A DNA stretch of 64,000 nt from Pseudomonadota bacterium (lineage in GTDB: Bacteria > Pseudomonadota > Gammaproteobacteria > Burkholderiales > Burkholderiaceae_C). Location: the NCBI GenBank assembly GCA_021808525.1, contig JAKBBK010000010.1, forward strand, positions 1,317 to 65,316, given 5' to 3'. Below the pieces are notes generated by a model. The model was not told where the DNA came from, did no database searches, and worked only from the letters and a program-made list of their open reading frames with translations. Below, in pieces: positions 38,996 through 49,555 of this stretch. The position numbers and the translations under genes were made by a program. Position 1 is the stretch's first letter. The number at the start of each line of letters is the position of its first letter.

Positions 38996-41900
38996 CTACC
39001 TTCGCCACTGGCTCCAGGCCTTGTCCACGCGCTTGACCGACACCGGGAAGGGCGTGCGCAATTCCTGCGCGAACAGGGCCACGCGCAATTCCTCCAGCAT
39101 CCAGCGCAACTCCTCCAGGCCCTGGTCCGCCGTGGCTTCGCCCTGCTGGCGTGCCTGCTGCATCTCGCGCCGCAGGCGCGCGAGCAGGGGAGCCAGTTCG
39201 GCCTGGCGCTGGGCATCGCGCGCGGGGTCCGCGCGGAACTTGTCCAGTCGCATCTGCACCGCCTTGAGGTAGCGCGGCAGGTGGGATCGCCGCGCCGGCG
39301 GCACATCGGTCATGAAGCGCTTGGGCAACAGTTCCTGCAACTGCTGGCTGATGTCCGCGTGCAGCGAGGCCTGCGCCTTGAAACCGGCCAGCTTCTTGTG
39401 CGCCGCACTCCATTCGAGCAGGATGGAGCCGGCCAGGCGCGCCATTTCCTGCGCCAGCAACTGCAGGCGCGGGCGCCCCTCGGCCAGGCGGCGCTCGAAG
39501 GCCTGCGCGTCGACGGGCAGCGGATCGCCGAGAAAGGCCAGGTCCAGCGCGGCGTCCAGCACCTGCTCGCGCAGTTCCTCGGCCGTGCCCAGCGGCATGT
39601 AGGCGAAGGCCGCCTGCTGCAAGGCCTGCTGCAGGTTTTTCTCGGCGGCCTTCAAGGGCTCGCGCAGTGGCAGGGCGAACAGGCGCCGCAAGCCGGCACG
39701 ATGGGCCTGGGCGGCGGCCTCCGGGGTGTCGAACACATCGATGTCCACCACCTGGCCGCGGTCGACCAGGGCCGGAAATCCGACCAGCGTCGCCGCGCCT
39801 CGCCGGATTTCCAGCAACTCCGGCAGGGTGCCGAAACTCCAGCTGGTGTAGCCCTGCGCCGGTGGCTCCGCGGCGCCGGCCGCGGCCTTGGACGCGGGCT
39901 GCGCGGGCGCCTGGCCCCGGCCGGTGCCGTCCACGGCGACGCCGGGCCTGGCGGCGGTCGAGCCCGGGCCGGCGGCCGCGCCCGCCCGGAGCGGGACAGT
40001 GGCTGCACGCGGCTGTGCCTGCGCGGGCCGCGCGTCGCCCGCCGCCTCGGGCAGCCTGCGCGCGGCCGCCTGGAAGGCCTCGCGCGCCGCGTCTCCGAGT
40101 TCGGCGCGCAGGCGCGCGAGGTTGCGTCCCATGCCGAGCTGGCGGCCCTGCGCATCGACCACGCGGATGTTGAACAGCAGGTGGGCGTCCAGCGCATCGG
40201 GACGGAAATGCTCGGCCTCGGGAGCCAGGCCCGTGGTCTCGCGCACCAGCGCGCGCAAGGCCTCCACCAGGGGCTGCGCGGCATAGCGCTGGGCTTCACT
40301 CAGCTGCTGCGCGAAACGCTGCGCCGTCGCCGGCAGCGGGACCAGGCGCGAGCGCTGGCGCTGCGGCAAGGTCTTGAGCAAGGCGGCGATCTTGTCGCCC
40401 AGCATGCCCGGCACCAGCCATTGCAGGCGCTGCTCGGGCAATTGGTTCAGGGCTTCCAGCGGAACCTCCACGGTGACGCCGTCGCGCGTGCCGCCCGGAT
40501 CGAAGCTGTAGGCCAGGGGCAGTTCCAGCCCGGCCACGCGCAGGCGCGTGGGAAAGGCCTCGGTGGTGATGCCCGCGGCCTGGTGGCGCATCAATTCCTC
40601 GCGCTCCAGGTACAGCAGGCGCGGCTGCTGCGCCTGCGCCTTGCGATACCAGGCGTCGAAACTCGCGCCGCCATGGACCTCGGGGGGCACGAAGCGATCG
40701 TAGAAGGCCTCGATCAGGGCATCGTCCACCAGCAGGTCGCGGCGGCGCGAGCGCTCCTCGAGTTGCTCGATCTGCGCCACCAGCTTGCGGTTGTGCTGCA
40801 GGAAGGGCCAGCGCGCATCCCATTCCCCCTGGACCAGCGCGTGGCGCAGGAACAGCTCGCGGGCCAGCACGGGATCGACCCGGCCGTAATCGATGCGACG
40901 CTGGTTGTAGATCACCAGTCCGTAGAGCGTGGCGCGCTCGAAGGCGCTGACCTGGGCCGGCTTTTTCTCCCAGTGCGGCTCGTGCAGCGTGCGTTGCAGC
41001 AGGTGCGCGCCCACGCGCTCGATCCACTGCGGCTCGATGCGCGCCACCTGGCGCGCGTACAGGCGCGTGGTCTGCACCAGCTCGGCGGCCATGACCCAGC
41101 GCCCGGCCTTGCGCCCGACGGGCGAGGCCGGATGGATGAGAAAGCGGATGCCCCGCGCGCCCAGGTAGTGCGGCCCATCGTCGGCCTTGCAGCCGACGTT
41201 GCCCAGCAGCCCGGCCAGCAGGCTGAGATGGATCTGCTCATCGCTGGCGGGCGCCGTGTTGAGCTTCCAGCCATGCTCGGACACCAGCGCGTGCAACTGG
41301 GTGTGCACGTCGTGCCACTCGCGCATGCGCATCGGGGACAGGAACTCCGCGCGCAACTGCTCGTGCAACTTGCGATGCGACTTCTTGTGCGCCACCAGTT
41401 CCTGGTAGTGGGCCCACAGCCTGAGCCAGCCCGCGAGCTCGGAGCCCCCCTCGACAAAACGCCGGTGCGCGGTGTCGGCGGCCTCCTGCCGGTCCGGCGG
41501 GCGCTCCCGCGGATCCTGCACCGCCAGCGCCGAGGCGATGATCAGCAACTCGGCCAGCGCCTGCTGGCGCCTGGCCTCCAGGATCATGCGCCCGAGGCGC
41601 GGATCCAGCGGCAGCACGGCCAGCTGGCGACCGGTCTCGGTGAGCCGGTTGTGCTCGTCCACCGCGCCCAGCTCGCCCAGCAACTGGTAGCCGTCCGCGA
41701 TGGCCTTGCGCGGCGGCGGGTCGATGAAGGGGAACTGCTCGACCGCCTGCAGGCCCAGGGCCTGCATGCGAAGGATGACGGCGGCCAGGGAGGAGCGCAG
41801 GATCTCCGGGTCCGTGAACCGCGGCCTGGCCTGGAAGTCCGCCTCGTCGTACAGGCGGATGCAGATGCCGTCGGCGACGCGACCGCAGCGCCCGGCGCGC

Positions 41901-42988
41901 TGGTTCGCCGCGGCCTGGCTGATCGGCTCCACCTGCAGCTGTTCGACCTTCTGGCGAAAGCTGTAGCGCTTGACCCGCGCCAGCCCGGAGTCGATCACGT
42001 AGCGTATGCCCGGAACGGTCAGCGAGGTCTCGGCCACGTTGGTGGACAGCACGATGCGCCGGGCCCCGCCCGCGGCATGGAACACGCGGTCCTGCTCGGC
42101 CTGGGAAAGCCGTGCGTACAGGGGCAGGATCTCCACGCCGCGGCGCGCGGTCTCCAGGTGATGCTTGCGCAGCGCCTCCGCGCAGTCGCGGATCTCCCGC
42201 TCGCCGGGCAGGAACACCAGCACGTCGCCGCTGCCCGCGCGCCAGAGTTCGTCCACCGCCTCGCACACCGCCTGGTTCAGCTCGCGCGGCTCGCGCGCGG
42301 GGGCCGCGGCCTCGCTCGCGGCGGGCGTCGCGTCGAGCAGGGGACGCCAGCGGATCTCCACCGGGTACAGGCGGCCCGATACCTCGATCACCGGCGCCGG
42401 CCCTCCCGCCCCGGCGAAATGCCTGGCGAAACGCTCCGCGTCGATGGTGGCCGAGGTGATCACCAGCTTCAGGTCCGGGCGTCTGGGCAGCAGTTCGCGC
42501 AGATAGCCGAGCAGGAAATCGATGTTCAGGCTGCGCTCGTGGGCCTCGTCGATGATCAGGGTGTCGTAGGCGCGCAGCAGGGGATCGCGCTGGGTCTCGG
42601 CCAGCAGGATGCCGTCGGTCATCAGCTTCACCGAGGCTCCGCCGTGCAGGCGGTCGGCGAAACGCACCTTGAATCCGACATGCTGGCCCAGCTCGCTGCC
42701 CAGTTCCTGCGCGATGCGCCGCGCCACGCTGACCGCCGCCAGGCGCCGAGGCTGGGTATGTCCGATCAGGCCCTGCCCTCCCGCGCCCAGCCCGCGTCCG
42801 AGCTCCAGCGCGATCTTGGGCAACTGCGTGGTCTTGCCCGACCCGGTCTCGCCGCAGACGATGACCACCTGGTGCTCCCGCATGGCGCGCGCGATGTCCT
42901 CGCGCCGCGCGCTGACCGGAAGCTCGGCGGGAAAGCGCAGCGGCGGAATGGGGTTCGGCGCCACGGGGGCTCGGGCGGAAGGCGGCAT
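38996..42988 (-). CDS. hrpA: ATP-dependent RNA helicase HrpA
   Basis: GETGSGKTTQLPK, HTQPRRLAA, IIDEAHERS (DEAH), SAT, STNVAETSLT, QRAGRCGR, C-terminal EELRVALFAQEL. Confidence 0.96.
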   Translation of the reverse strand: MPPSARAPVAPNPIPPLRFPAELPVSARREDIARAMREHQVVIVCGETGSGKTTQLPKIALELGRGLGAGGQGLIGHTQPRRLAAVSVARRIAQELGSELGQHVGFKVRFADRLHGGASVKLMTDGILLAETQRDPLLRAYDTLIIDEAHERSLNIDFLLGYLRELLPRRPDLKLVITSATIDAERFARHFAGAGGPAPVIEVSGRLYPVEIRWRPLLDATPAASEAAAPAREPRELNQAVCEAVDELWRAGSGDVLVFLPGEREIRDCAEALRKHHLETARRGVEILPLYARLSQAEQDRVFHAAGGARRIVLSTNVAETSLTVPGIRYVIDSGLARVKRYSFRQKVEQLQVEPISQAAANQRAGRCGRVADGICIRLYDEADFQARPRFTDPEILRSSLAAVILRMQALGLQAVEQFPFIDPPPRKAIADGYQLLGELGAVDEHNRLTETGRQLAVLPLDPRLGRMILEARRQQALAELLIIASALAVQDPRERPPDRQEAADTAHRRFVEGGSELAGWLRLWAHYQELVAHKKSHRKLHEQLRAEFLSPMRMREWHDVHTQLHALVSEHGWKLNTAPASDEQIHLSLLAGLLGNVGCKADDGPHYLGARGIRFLIHPASPVGRKAGRWVMAAELVQTTRLYARQVARIEPQWIERVGAHLLQRTLHEPHWEKKPAQVSAFERATLYGLVIYNQRRIDYGRVDPVLARELFLRHALVQGEWDARWPFLQHNRKLVAQIEQLEERSRRRDLLVDDALIEAFYDRFVPPEVHGGASFDAWYRKAQAQQPRLLYLEREELMRHQAAGITTEAFPTRLRVAGLELPLAYSFDPGGTRDGVTVEVPLEALNQLPEQRLQWLVPGMLGDKIAALLKTLPQRQRSRLVPLPATAQRFAQQLSEAQRYAAQPLVEALRALVRETTGLAPEAEHFRPDALDAHLLFNIRVVDAQGRQLGMGRNLARLRAELGDAAREAFQAAARRLPEAAGDARPAQAQPRAATVPLRAGAAAGPGSTAARPGVAVDGTGRGQAPAQPASKAAAGAAEPPAQGYTSWSFGTLPELLEIRRGAATLVGFPALVDRGQVVDIDVFDTPEAAAQAHRAGLRRLFALPLREPLKAAEKNLQQALQQAAFAYMPLGTAEELREQVLDAALDLAFLGDPLPVDAQAFERRLAEGRPRLQLLAQEMARLAGSILLEWSAAHKKLAGFKAQASLHADISQQLQELLPKRFMTDVPPARRSHLPRYLKAVQMRLDKFRADPARDAQRQAELAPLLARLRREMQQARQQGEATADQGLEELRWMLEELRVALFAQELRTPFPVSVKRVDKAWSQWRR

Positions 42989-43069
42989 GCGAAGACGGGC
43001 AGCGGGCGGCGCGTGTTCGCGCGCTCGGGAAAAACGACAATTCTCGATCATTCCGGGATAATCCGGGGG

Positions 43070-44395
43070 ATGTCCGCCGACCCGTCCCAATTCGTCCAGT
43101 GGCTGCGCTCCGTCGCGCCCTACATGCATGCCCACCGCGGCAAGATCTTCGTGGTCGCGATCGCCGGCGAGCTCATCGCCGCCGGCCAGCTCAACACCCT
43201 GGTGCAGGACATCGCGCTCTTGTCGGCCATGGGCGTGCGCATCGTGCTGGTGCACGGTTTTCGCCCGCAGATCGAGGAACAGCTGCGCGAGAAGGGCGTC
43301 ACCTCGCGCTACAGCCACGGCATGCGCGTGACGGATTCCGTCGCGCTCGACGCCGCGCAGGAAGCAGCCGGCCAGCTGCGCTTCGAGATCGAAGCCACCT
43401 TCTCCCAGGGCCTGCCCAACACGCCGATGGCCGGGGCCACGGTGCGCGTGGTCTCGGGCAACTTCATCACGGCACGCCCGGTGGGGGTGATCGACGGCCT
43501 GGACTTCCAGCACACCGGGCTGGTGCGCAAGGTCGACGCGCCCACCATCCTGCGCGCGCTGGAGTACGGGGCCGTGGTGCTGGTCTCGCCCTTTGGATTC
43601 TCCCCCACCGGGGAAGCCTTCAATCTGAGCATGGAAGACGTGGCCAGCAGCGTGGCCGCAGCGATCAAGGCCCACAAGCTGATCATGATCACCGAGGTCG
43701 ACGGCGTGTTCGGCGAGGACCAGCAACTGCTGTCCGAGCTCACGGTGGCGCAGGCCGAGCAGCTGCTGGCGCGCCTTCCCGATCCGCAGCAGCCCACCGA
43801 CACCGCCTTCTACCTGCGCCATGCCGTGCGCGCCTGCCGCGCCGGCGTGGGGCGAGCGCACATCACCGGTTTCCAGCTCGACGGCTCGCTGCTGCTGGAG
43901 CTGTTCACCCACGACGGCGTGGGCACGATGATCGCCGACGAACACCTGGAGCACCTGCGCCAGGCCAGCGCGGACGACGTCGGCGGCATCCTGCAACTCA
44001 TCGAGCCGCTGGAGGCCGAAGGCGTGCTGGTCAAGCGCAGCCGCACCGAGATCGAGCGCGACATTTCCAATTACACGGTGCTCGAGCACGACGGCGTGAT
44101 CTTCGGCTGCGCGGCGCTGTACCCCTACCCCGAGGCGCGCACCGGCGAGATGGCGGCGCTGACCGTGGCCGACAGCGCGCAGGGCCAGGGCGACGGCGAG
44201 CGCATCCTGCGCCGCATCGAGCAGCAGGCGCGCGCCTTGCGCCTGGAAAGCATCTTCGTGCTGACCACCCGCACCATGCACTGGTTCCTCAAGCGCGGCT
44301 TCGTGCCGGTCGAGCCCGACTGGCTGCCCGAGGCACGACGCCAGCGCTACAACGACCAGCGACGCTCTCGCGTGCTGGTCAAGCGCCTGGGCTGA
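43070..44395 (+). CDS. argA: Amino-acid N-acetyltransferase
   Basis: [15 protein letters not shown], kinase-like domain plus GNAT domain ([17 protein letters not shown]). Confidence 0.95.
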   Translation: MSADPSQFVQWLRSVAPYMHAHRGKIFVVAIAGELIAAGQLNTLVQDIALLSAMGVRIVLVHGFRPQIEEQLREKGVTSRYSHGMRVTDSVALDAAQEAAGQLRFEIEATFSQGLPNTPMAGATVRVVSGNFITARPVGVIDGLDFQHTGLVRKVDAPTILRALEYGAVVLVSPFGFSPTGEAFNLSMEDVASSVAAAIKAHKLIMITEVDGVFGEDQQLLSELTVAQAEQLLARLPDPQQPTDTAFYLRHAVRACRAGVGRAHITGFQLDGSLLLELFTHDGVGTMIADEHLEHLRQASADDVGGILQLIEPLEAEGVLVKRSRTEIERDISNYTVLEHDGVIFGCAALYPYPEARTGEMAALTVADSAQGQGDGERILRRIEQQARALRLESIFVLTTRTMHWFLKRGFVPVEPDWLPEARRQRYNDQRRSRVLVKRLG

Positions 44396-44456
44396 GCGCC
44401 GAGCGCCCGCGGCGCCGCCCCTCCTCCTTTCCTACCCTTTCCACAGGATCCCCATC

Positions 44457-44732
44457 ATGAGTCGCATGGTGAACTGCATCAAGCTTGGTCACGAGGCCCA
44501 AGGCCTGGATTTCCCGCCTTATCCGGGGGAACTGGGCAAGCGCATTTTCGACAACGTGTCCAAGGAAGCCTGGCAGGCCTGGCTCAAGCACCAGACCATG
44601 CTGGTCAACGAGAACCGCCTGAACCTGGCCGACGCCAGCGCGCGCCAGTACCTGGCCCGGCAGATGGACCGCTACTTTTTCGGCGAGGGCGCGGAGCGCC
44701 CGGCCGGCTACGTGCCGCCCTCGGCTTCCTGA
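44457..44732 (+). CDS. yggX: Fe(II)-trafficking/oxidative damage protection protein
   Basis: [32 protein letters not shown]. Confidence 0.95.
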   Translation: MSRMVNCIKLGHEAQGLDFPPYPGELGKRIFDNVSKEAWQAWLKHQTMLVNENRLNLADASARQYLARQMDRYFFGEGAERPAGYVPPSAS

Positions 44733-45035
44733 ACCCCGCGGGCCGCGGCAGGCCCCAGGGCAGACCGCCAGGGAAGACCGCCAGGCAGGCCGCGCGAGCG
44801 GCCTGGTCGGCGAAATGTGTCAAGATGAAACCTTGCTAGCACATTTCGCCGTGGCACGCCATCGCGGCAAAACAGGATGTCCCAAGCACGGGGGGTATCT
44901 ACGATGCATGTCGAAATACTGATACCGGGTTGCAGTATTTCGACTCGGGAATCCCAAGCCTCCGCAAGCATGTGGCAAGCATTCCCCGGTTCGAAGATCC
45001 GGTGAGGCACCCACAACTGGAGGAGAGAGGATCCC

Positions 45036-46268
45036 ATGGAAAAGAATCGACTGGCCGCGGCCTGCGCGGCGGCCCTGACGGCGGCCGCGCTGGCACCCGG
45101 CGTGGCGCATGCCACCGACGGCTATTTCCAGCCGGGCTACAGCGTGCGCTCGACGGGCATGGGCGGCGTGGGCATCGCGCTGGCGCAGGACGCGCTGGCC
45201 GCGGCCGCCAACCCCGCCGGCATGGCCCTGGTCGGCAACCGCTTCGATGCCGGCCTGACCCTGTTCCACCCCGATCGCGAGGCCCAGATCAACGGCGCCA
45301 CGTTCAGCGGCAACGACCAGAGCAACTTCCTGATCCCGGAGATCGGCTACAACCGCATGCTGAATCCGGACATGTCGGTGGGCCTGAGCCTGTACGGCAA
45401 CGGCGGCATGAACTCGGGCTACAGCAGCATCCTGGCCTCGCGCACCGGCCTGCTCAACGGCGCCGGCGTCGATCTGCAGCAGATGTTCATCAGCCCCAGC
45501 TTCGCCTGGCGAGTCACCCCCGGCAACACCATCGGCGTGGCGCTGGACCTGGTGCACCAGACCTTCCGGGCCAACGGCCTGAACAATTTCGCCGGCTATT
45601 CGAGCTACCCGGCCAGCCTGCAGGATCCCGGGCACGACAGCTCCAACGGCGTGGGCGTGCGCATCGGCTGGATCGGGCAGCTCGGCTCCGGACTGTCGGT
45701 GGGCGCGACCTACCAGCCCAAGATCCACATGAGCAGCTTCAGCAAGTACCGCGGGCTGTTCGCCGACGGCGGCTCCTTCGACATTCCCGCCAACTACGGC
45801 GTGGGCGTGGCCTGGAAGGCCACGCCGAGCTGGACCCTGGCGGCCGACGTGGAGCGCATTCTCTACAGCGGCGTGTCCGCCATCGGCAACACCTCGACCA
45901 CCTTCGGCATGGTCCCGCTGGGCGCCGCCAACGGCCCCGGCTTCGGCTGGAGCGACGTGACGGTCGTCAAACTGGGCGCCGCCTGGGCCTTCGACGACAA
46001 GCTCACCCTGCGCGCCGGATGGAACCACACGGACAATCCGGTGAGCGCGCGCGACGTGTTCTTCAACACCATCGCGCCGGGGGTGGTGCAGGACCACGCC
46101 ACGCTGGGCTTCACCTACGCCCTCGCGTCCAACATCGATGTCTCGGGCGACTACGTGCATGCCTTCAAGCATTCGGTGACCGGCCAGCTGGCTCCCCCGC
46201 TGAGCGGATCGGAGACCCTGAGCATGACCCAGGACTCGATCGGCGTGTCCATCGGCTACAAGTTCTGA
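45036..46268 (+). CDS. OmpP1/FadL/TodX family outer-membrane channel
   Basis: Signal peptide, ATDGYF...GMGGVGIA...NPAGM plug, beta-strand pattern, C-terminal YKF. Confidence 0.85.
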   Translation: MEKNRLAAACAAALTAAALAPGVAHATDGYFQPGYSVRSTGMGGVGIALAQDALAAAANPAGMALVGNRFDAGLTLFHPDREAQINGATFSGNDQSNFLIPEIGYNRMLNPDMSVGLSLYGNGGMNSGYSSILASRTGLLNGAGVDLQQMFISPSFAWRVTPGNTIGVALDLVHQTFRANGLNNFAGYSSYPASLQDPGHDSSNGVGVRIGWIGQLGSGLSVGATYQPKIHMSSFSKYRGLFADGGSFDIPANYGVGVAWKATPSWTLAADVERILYSGVSAIGNTSTTFGMVPLGAANGPGFGWSDVTVVKLGAAWAFDDKLTLRAGWNHTDNPVSARDVFFNTIAPGVVQDHATLGFTYALASNIDVSGDYVHAFKHSVTGQLAPPLSGSETLSMTQDSIGVSIGYKF

Positions 46269-46304
46269 AGCTCGCGCGGGCCTCGCCCGCGCGAGGCCAG
46301 GCAC

Positions 46305-46332
46305 AAAAAAGCCCCGCATTGCGGGGCTTTTT
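46305..46332. terminator. Bidirectional Rho-independent terminator
   Basis: AAAAAA-GCCCCGC-att-GCGGGGC-TTTTT between convergent fadL-like and satP; a second GC hairpin lies at 46271-46295. Confidence 0.88.
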
Positions 46333-46377
46333 CGCCGGCGGCGCGCCCATCGCGCTCCGCACGGGTCCTGCGCAGGC

Positions 46378-46920
46378 TCAGACCGGAAGCACGGTGCTGC
46401 CCCAGGACTCGTTGATCACCTCGGCGGCCGCCAGATAGAAGGCCAGCGCCGCGGTCACCAGGCCCAGGTAGCCGCCCAGCGTGCTCAGGCCGCCCATGCC
46501 CAGCAGGGCGCCGAAGGCCAGCAGGTAGAAGGTGGGGGTCAGCGCGGTGAACACCAGCATCAGCACCTTGCCCTTCTTCCAGGTACCGATCCACATGTAG
46601 GTGGTGAACACCCCCCACAGCAGCAGGTACCAGCCGACGAAGGGGCCCGTGACGCCCTTGGCGAAGAACTCCACGAACAACGCGAAGGTCCACCAGAAGG
46701 CGCCGTAACCGCAGAAGGCGACGAAGCCGAAGCTGTTGCCCACGAAGGCCTCGACGACCCCGGCGACGAACTGCGCGGTGCCGCCGAAGGCAAAGGCGCA
46801 GGCCAGCACCATCGGCACGTTCTCCGGACCGAACCAGCCTGCGTTGTGCATGCTGAGCAGCCACGTGGTCAGGGCGAAGCCCGACAGCCCCAGCGGGGCG
46901 GGGTTGATCTTCTTGTCCAT
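46378..46920 (-). CDS. satP: Acetate/succinate uptake channel (SatP/GPR1/FUN34/YaaH family)
   Basis: NPAPLGLSGFALTT signature, AFCGYGAFW, six hydrophobic helices. Confidence 0.92.
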   Translation of the reverse strand: MDKKINPAPLGLSGFALTTWLLSMHNAGWFGPENVPMVLACAFAFGGTAQFVAGVVEAFVGNSFGFVAFCGYGAFWWTFALFVEFFAKGVTGPFVGWYLLLWGVFTTYMWIGTWKKGKVLMLVFTALTPTFYLLAFGALLGMGGLSTLGGYLGLVTAALAFYLAAAEVINESWGSTVLPV

Positions 46921-47190
46921 CCTTGTCTCCTGTTCTGGATGCGCGCCTGGAGCGCGCGATACTCGTCGCGAGTGGCCCGAGCACGAGGAACCCCGTCGGG
47001 CCCGGGCCCCGTTTGCGGCGGGCTTTCGCACCCGCTCACGCCGGCACTGTCGCCGCCGAGTCTTACGGCAGGCCTACGGGCTTCATTTGGTCATGTTTGT
47101 TGCGTTTCGTTGCTTTCGTGACGCGCGAAGCCCCATGGAGCACAATTGCTCACACCCTCACACCGGCTGCTACCGTATGCTCTGGGGACT

Positions 47191-48027
47191 ATGCAGATCG
47201 CCGCCTTCGCCAGCACCGTTCCCGCCACCCTGAGCCTTGCACAGCACGTGCTGGCGGTCCTCTCCGGACTGGCCGTGGGCTTTTCCCTCGGGCTCATCGG
47301 CGGCGGAGGCTCCATCCTCGCGGTCCCTCTGCTCCTATACCTCGTTGGGTATCCGAACGCCCACGTGGTCATCGGCACCACGGCGCTGGCGGTCTCGGTG
47401 AACGCCTACCTGAACCTCATTCCCCACGCCCGCGCCGGCAACGTACGCTGGCCCCAGGCCCTGGTGTTCGCGCTGGTGGGGGCGGTCGCCGCCTTCGCGG
47501 GCTCCAGCCTGGGCAAGGCGGTGGACGGCAAGAAACTGCTGTTCCTGTTCGCGCTGCTCATGCTGGTGATCGCCGGGCTCATGCTGCGCCGCCGCGAGAA
47601 CCCGGCGGCGGCCCAGCACCATGAGACGCCGAGCCGCGCGGCGTGGCTGCGCCTGGTCATCGCCGCCGCCCTGGTGGGGCTGCTGGCGGGTTTCTTCGGC
47701 ATCGGAGGGGGCTTCCTGATCGTGCCCGGGCTGGCCCTTTCCACCGGCATGCCCATGATCGCGGCCATCGGATCCTCGCTGGTCTCCGTGGGTACCTTCG
47801 GCCTGACCACGGCGGTGAACTACGCGCGCTCGGGCCTGCTGGACTTCACGGTGGCCCTGCTGTACATCGGCGGCGGCGTGGCCGGCGGCTGGGTGGGAAC
47901 GCGCGTGGCCACCCATCTGGGCAAGCACGGCAAGGGCACCCTCAACCTGATTTTCGCCCTGCTCGTGGCCGTGGTCGCGCTGTACATGCTGTGGCGCAAC
48001 CTGTCGGCCTTCGGGCTGCATGTCTGA
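47191..48027 (+). CDS. TauE/SafE family (sulfite exporter-like) membrane protein
   Basis: Duplicated GLIGGGGSILAVP / GFFGIGGGFLIVP motifs, AIGSSL. Confidence 0.87.
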   Translation: MQIAAFASTVPATLSLAQHVLAVLSGLAVGFSLGLIGGGGSILAVPLLLYLVGYPNAHVVIGTTALAVSVNAYLNLIPHARAGNVRWPQALVFALVGAVAAFAGSSLGKAVDGKKLLFLFALLMLVIAGLMLRRRENPAAAQHHETPSRAAWLRLVIAAALVGLLAGFFGIGGGFLIVPGLALSTGMPMIAAIGSSLVSVGTFGLTTAVNYARSGLLDFTVALLYIGGGVAGGWVGTRVATHLGKHGKGTLNLIFALLVAVVALYMLWRNLSAFGLHV

Positions 48028-48075
48028 ACCGACGGCGCGCGAGGCCCGAGGCCTGGCGCGGCCCCTCGCGAAAGC

Positions 48076-49467
48076 TCAGATCAACTCGGCCAGCAGGTCG
48101 TGGCCGCGGGTGCCGACCACGCGGGCGCGCAGGAACTGCCCGGTGGACTGGGCCAGGCGCATGCGTGCCGAGGGCTTGGCCGGCGCCGCGATCAGCACCT
48201 TGCCGTCGATCTCCGGCGCCTCGGCGTAGCTGCGGGCGCTGGCGCCGTCGCGCCCGGCCTGGTCGACCAGCAAGCGCAGGTCCTGGCCGATGCGGGCGCG
48301 CAGGCGCTGCACCGAGACCTGCTCGGCCACTTCCATGAACCTGGCCTGGCGTTGCGCGCGCACTTCGTCGGGCAGGGCCCCCGGCAACTCGTTGGCGGCG
48401 GCGCCCTGCACCGGCGAATAGGCGAAACAACCCACGCGGTCGATTGCGGCGCGTCGCACGAAATCCAGAAGGGTCTCGAACTCCTCCTCGGTCTCGCCGG
48501 GGAAGCCCGCGATGAAGGTGGAGCGGATCGCGATGTCGGGGCAGGCCTCGCGCCAGCGAGCGATGCGCTCGAGCGCACGCTCGCCGCCGGCCGGACGGCG
48601 CATGCGCCGCAGCACCTCCGGATGGGCATGCTGCAAGGGCACGTCCAGGTACGGCAGCACCCTTCCCTGCGCCATCACCGGCAGCACCTCGTCCACATGG
48701 GGATAGGGGTAGATGTAATGCAGGCGCACCCAGGCATCGTGCTGCTCGGCCAGCCCGGCCAGGGCCTGCACCAGTTCGGCGAAGCGCGTGCGCAGGGGCC
48801 GACCCTGCCAGAAGCCGGTGCGGTACTTCAGGTCGGATCCATAGGCGGCCGTGTCCTGGCTCACCACCAGGAGTTCGCGCACTCCGGCGCGCAGCAGCGC
48901 CTCGGCCTCGTCCAGCACCTCGCCGATGGGGCGCGACACCAGCTTGCCGCGCATGCTGGGAATGATGCAAAAGCTGCAACTCTGGTTGCAGCCCTCGGCG
49001 ATCTTCAGGTAGGCGTAGTGCCGCGGGGTCAGCTTGAGCCCGCCCGGCGGCAACAGGTCGACGAAGGGATCATGCGGCCGGGGCAGGCTGTCGTGCACGT
49101 GGCGCAGCACCTCCTCGGTGGCCTGCGGGCCGGTGACGGCCATCACCTTGGGATGCACCTTGCGCACGAGGTTGTCGCCCTGCTCGTCCTTGCGCGCACC
49201 CAGGCAGCCGGTGACCAGCACGCGGCCGTTCTCGTGCAGGGCCTCGCCGATGGCGTCCAGGCTTTCCTGCACGGCCTCGTCGATGAAGCCACAGGTGTTG
49301 ACGATCACCAGGTCGGCCCCGGCATAGCTGGAGCTGGTCTCGTAGCCCTCGGCACGGAGCTGGGAGACGATGCGCTCGGAATCGACCAGGGCCTTCGGGC
49401 AGCCCAGGGAGACGAAACCGATGCGCGGCGCGGAGGAGGCGGGGGCGGGGGCGGAAATGTCGGACAT
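48076..49467 (-). CDS. rimO: Ribosomal protein S12 methylthiotransferase
   Basis: [33 protein letters not shown] (radical SAM CxxxCxxC), TRAM domain. Confidence 0.96.
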   Translation of the reverse strand: MSDISAPAPASSAPRIGFVSLGCPKALVDSERIVSQLRAEGYETSSSYAGADLVIVNTCGFIDEAVQESLDAIGEALHENGRVLVTGCLGARKDEQGDNLVRKVHPKVMAVTGPQATEEVLRHVHDSLPRPHDPFVDLLPPGGLKLTPRHYAYLKIAEGCNQSCSFCIIPSMRGKLVSRPIGEVLDEAEALLRAGVRELLVVSQDTAAYGSDLKYRTGFWQGRPLRTRFAELVQALAGLAEQHDAWVRLHYIYPYPHVDEVLPVMAQGRVLPYLDVPLQHAHPEVLRRMRRPAGGERALERIARWREACPDIAIRSTFIAGFPGETEEEFETLLDFVRRAAIDRVGCFAYSPVQGAAANELPGALPDEVRAQRQARFMEVAEQVSVQRLRARIGQDLRLLVDQAGRDGASARSYAEAPEIDGKVLIAAPAKPSARMRLAQSTGQFLRARVVGTRGHDLLAELI

Positions 49468-49555
49468 GCCCCTATTGTCGCCGCTTTGCCGCGCCAGGGC
49501 AGCAGGCCAGCGCGCGGGGCGCCGGATGCCGACCGCCCGCGGCACTCGACCGGGG

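Noticed and set aside
38942-44395. Very long ORFs from the six-frame track (1817 aa at 38942+, also 5208..8477-, 1..1542+ and many others)
   Set aside because: Antisense or alternate-frame shadows of real genes. Stops are rare at this GC content, translations are Arg/Ala/Gly/Pro-rich with no motifs, and only the embedded real gene (e.g. argA from 43070) is supported.
44852-44866. TGGCACG upstream of the FadL-like gene as a fourth sigma54 promoter
   Set aside because: The -24 element is perfect, but the -12 position reads CGCG rather than TTGC and GG-N10-GC spacing fails.
47099-47113. GTTGC/GCAAC pentamer recurring upstream of satP, the MctP-like unit and the CoA ligases as a shared acetate-regulon motif
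   Set aside because: Only 5 bp, with different arrangements (direct repeat, single copy, inverted repeat); not distinguishable from chance without a genome-wide test.
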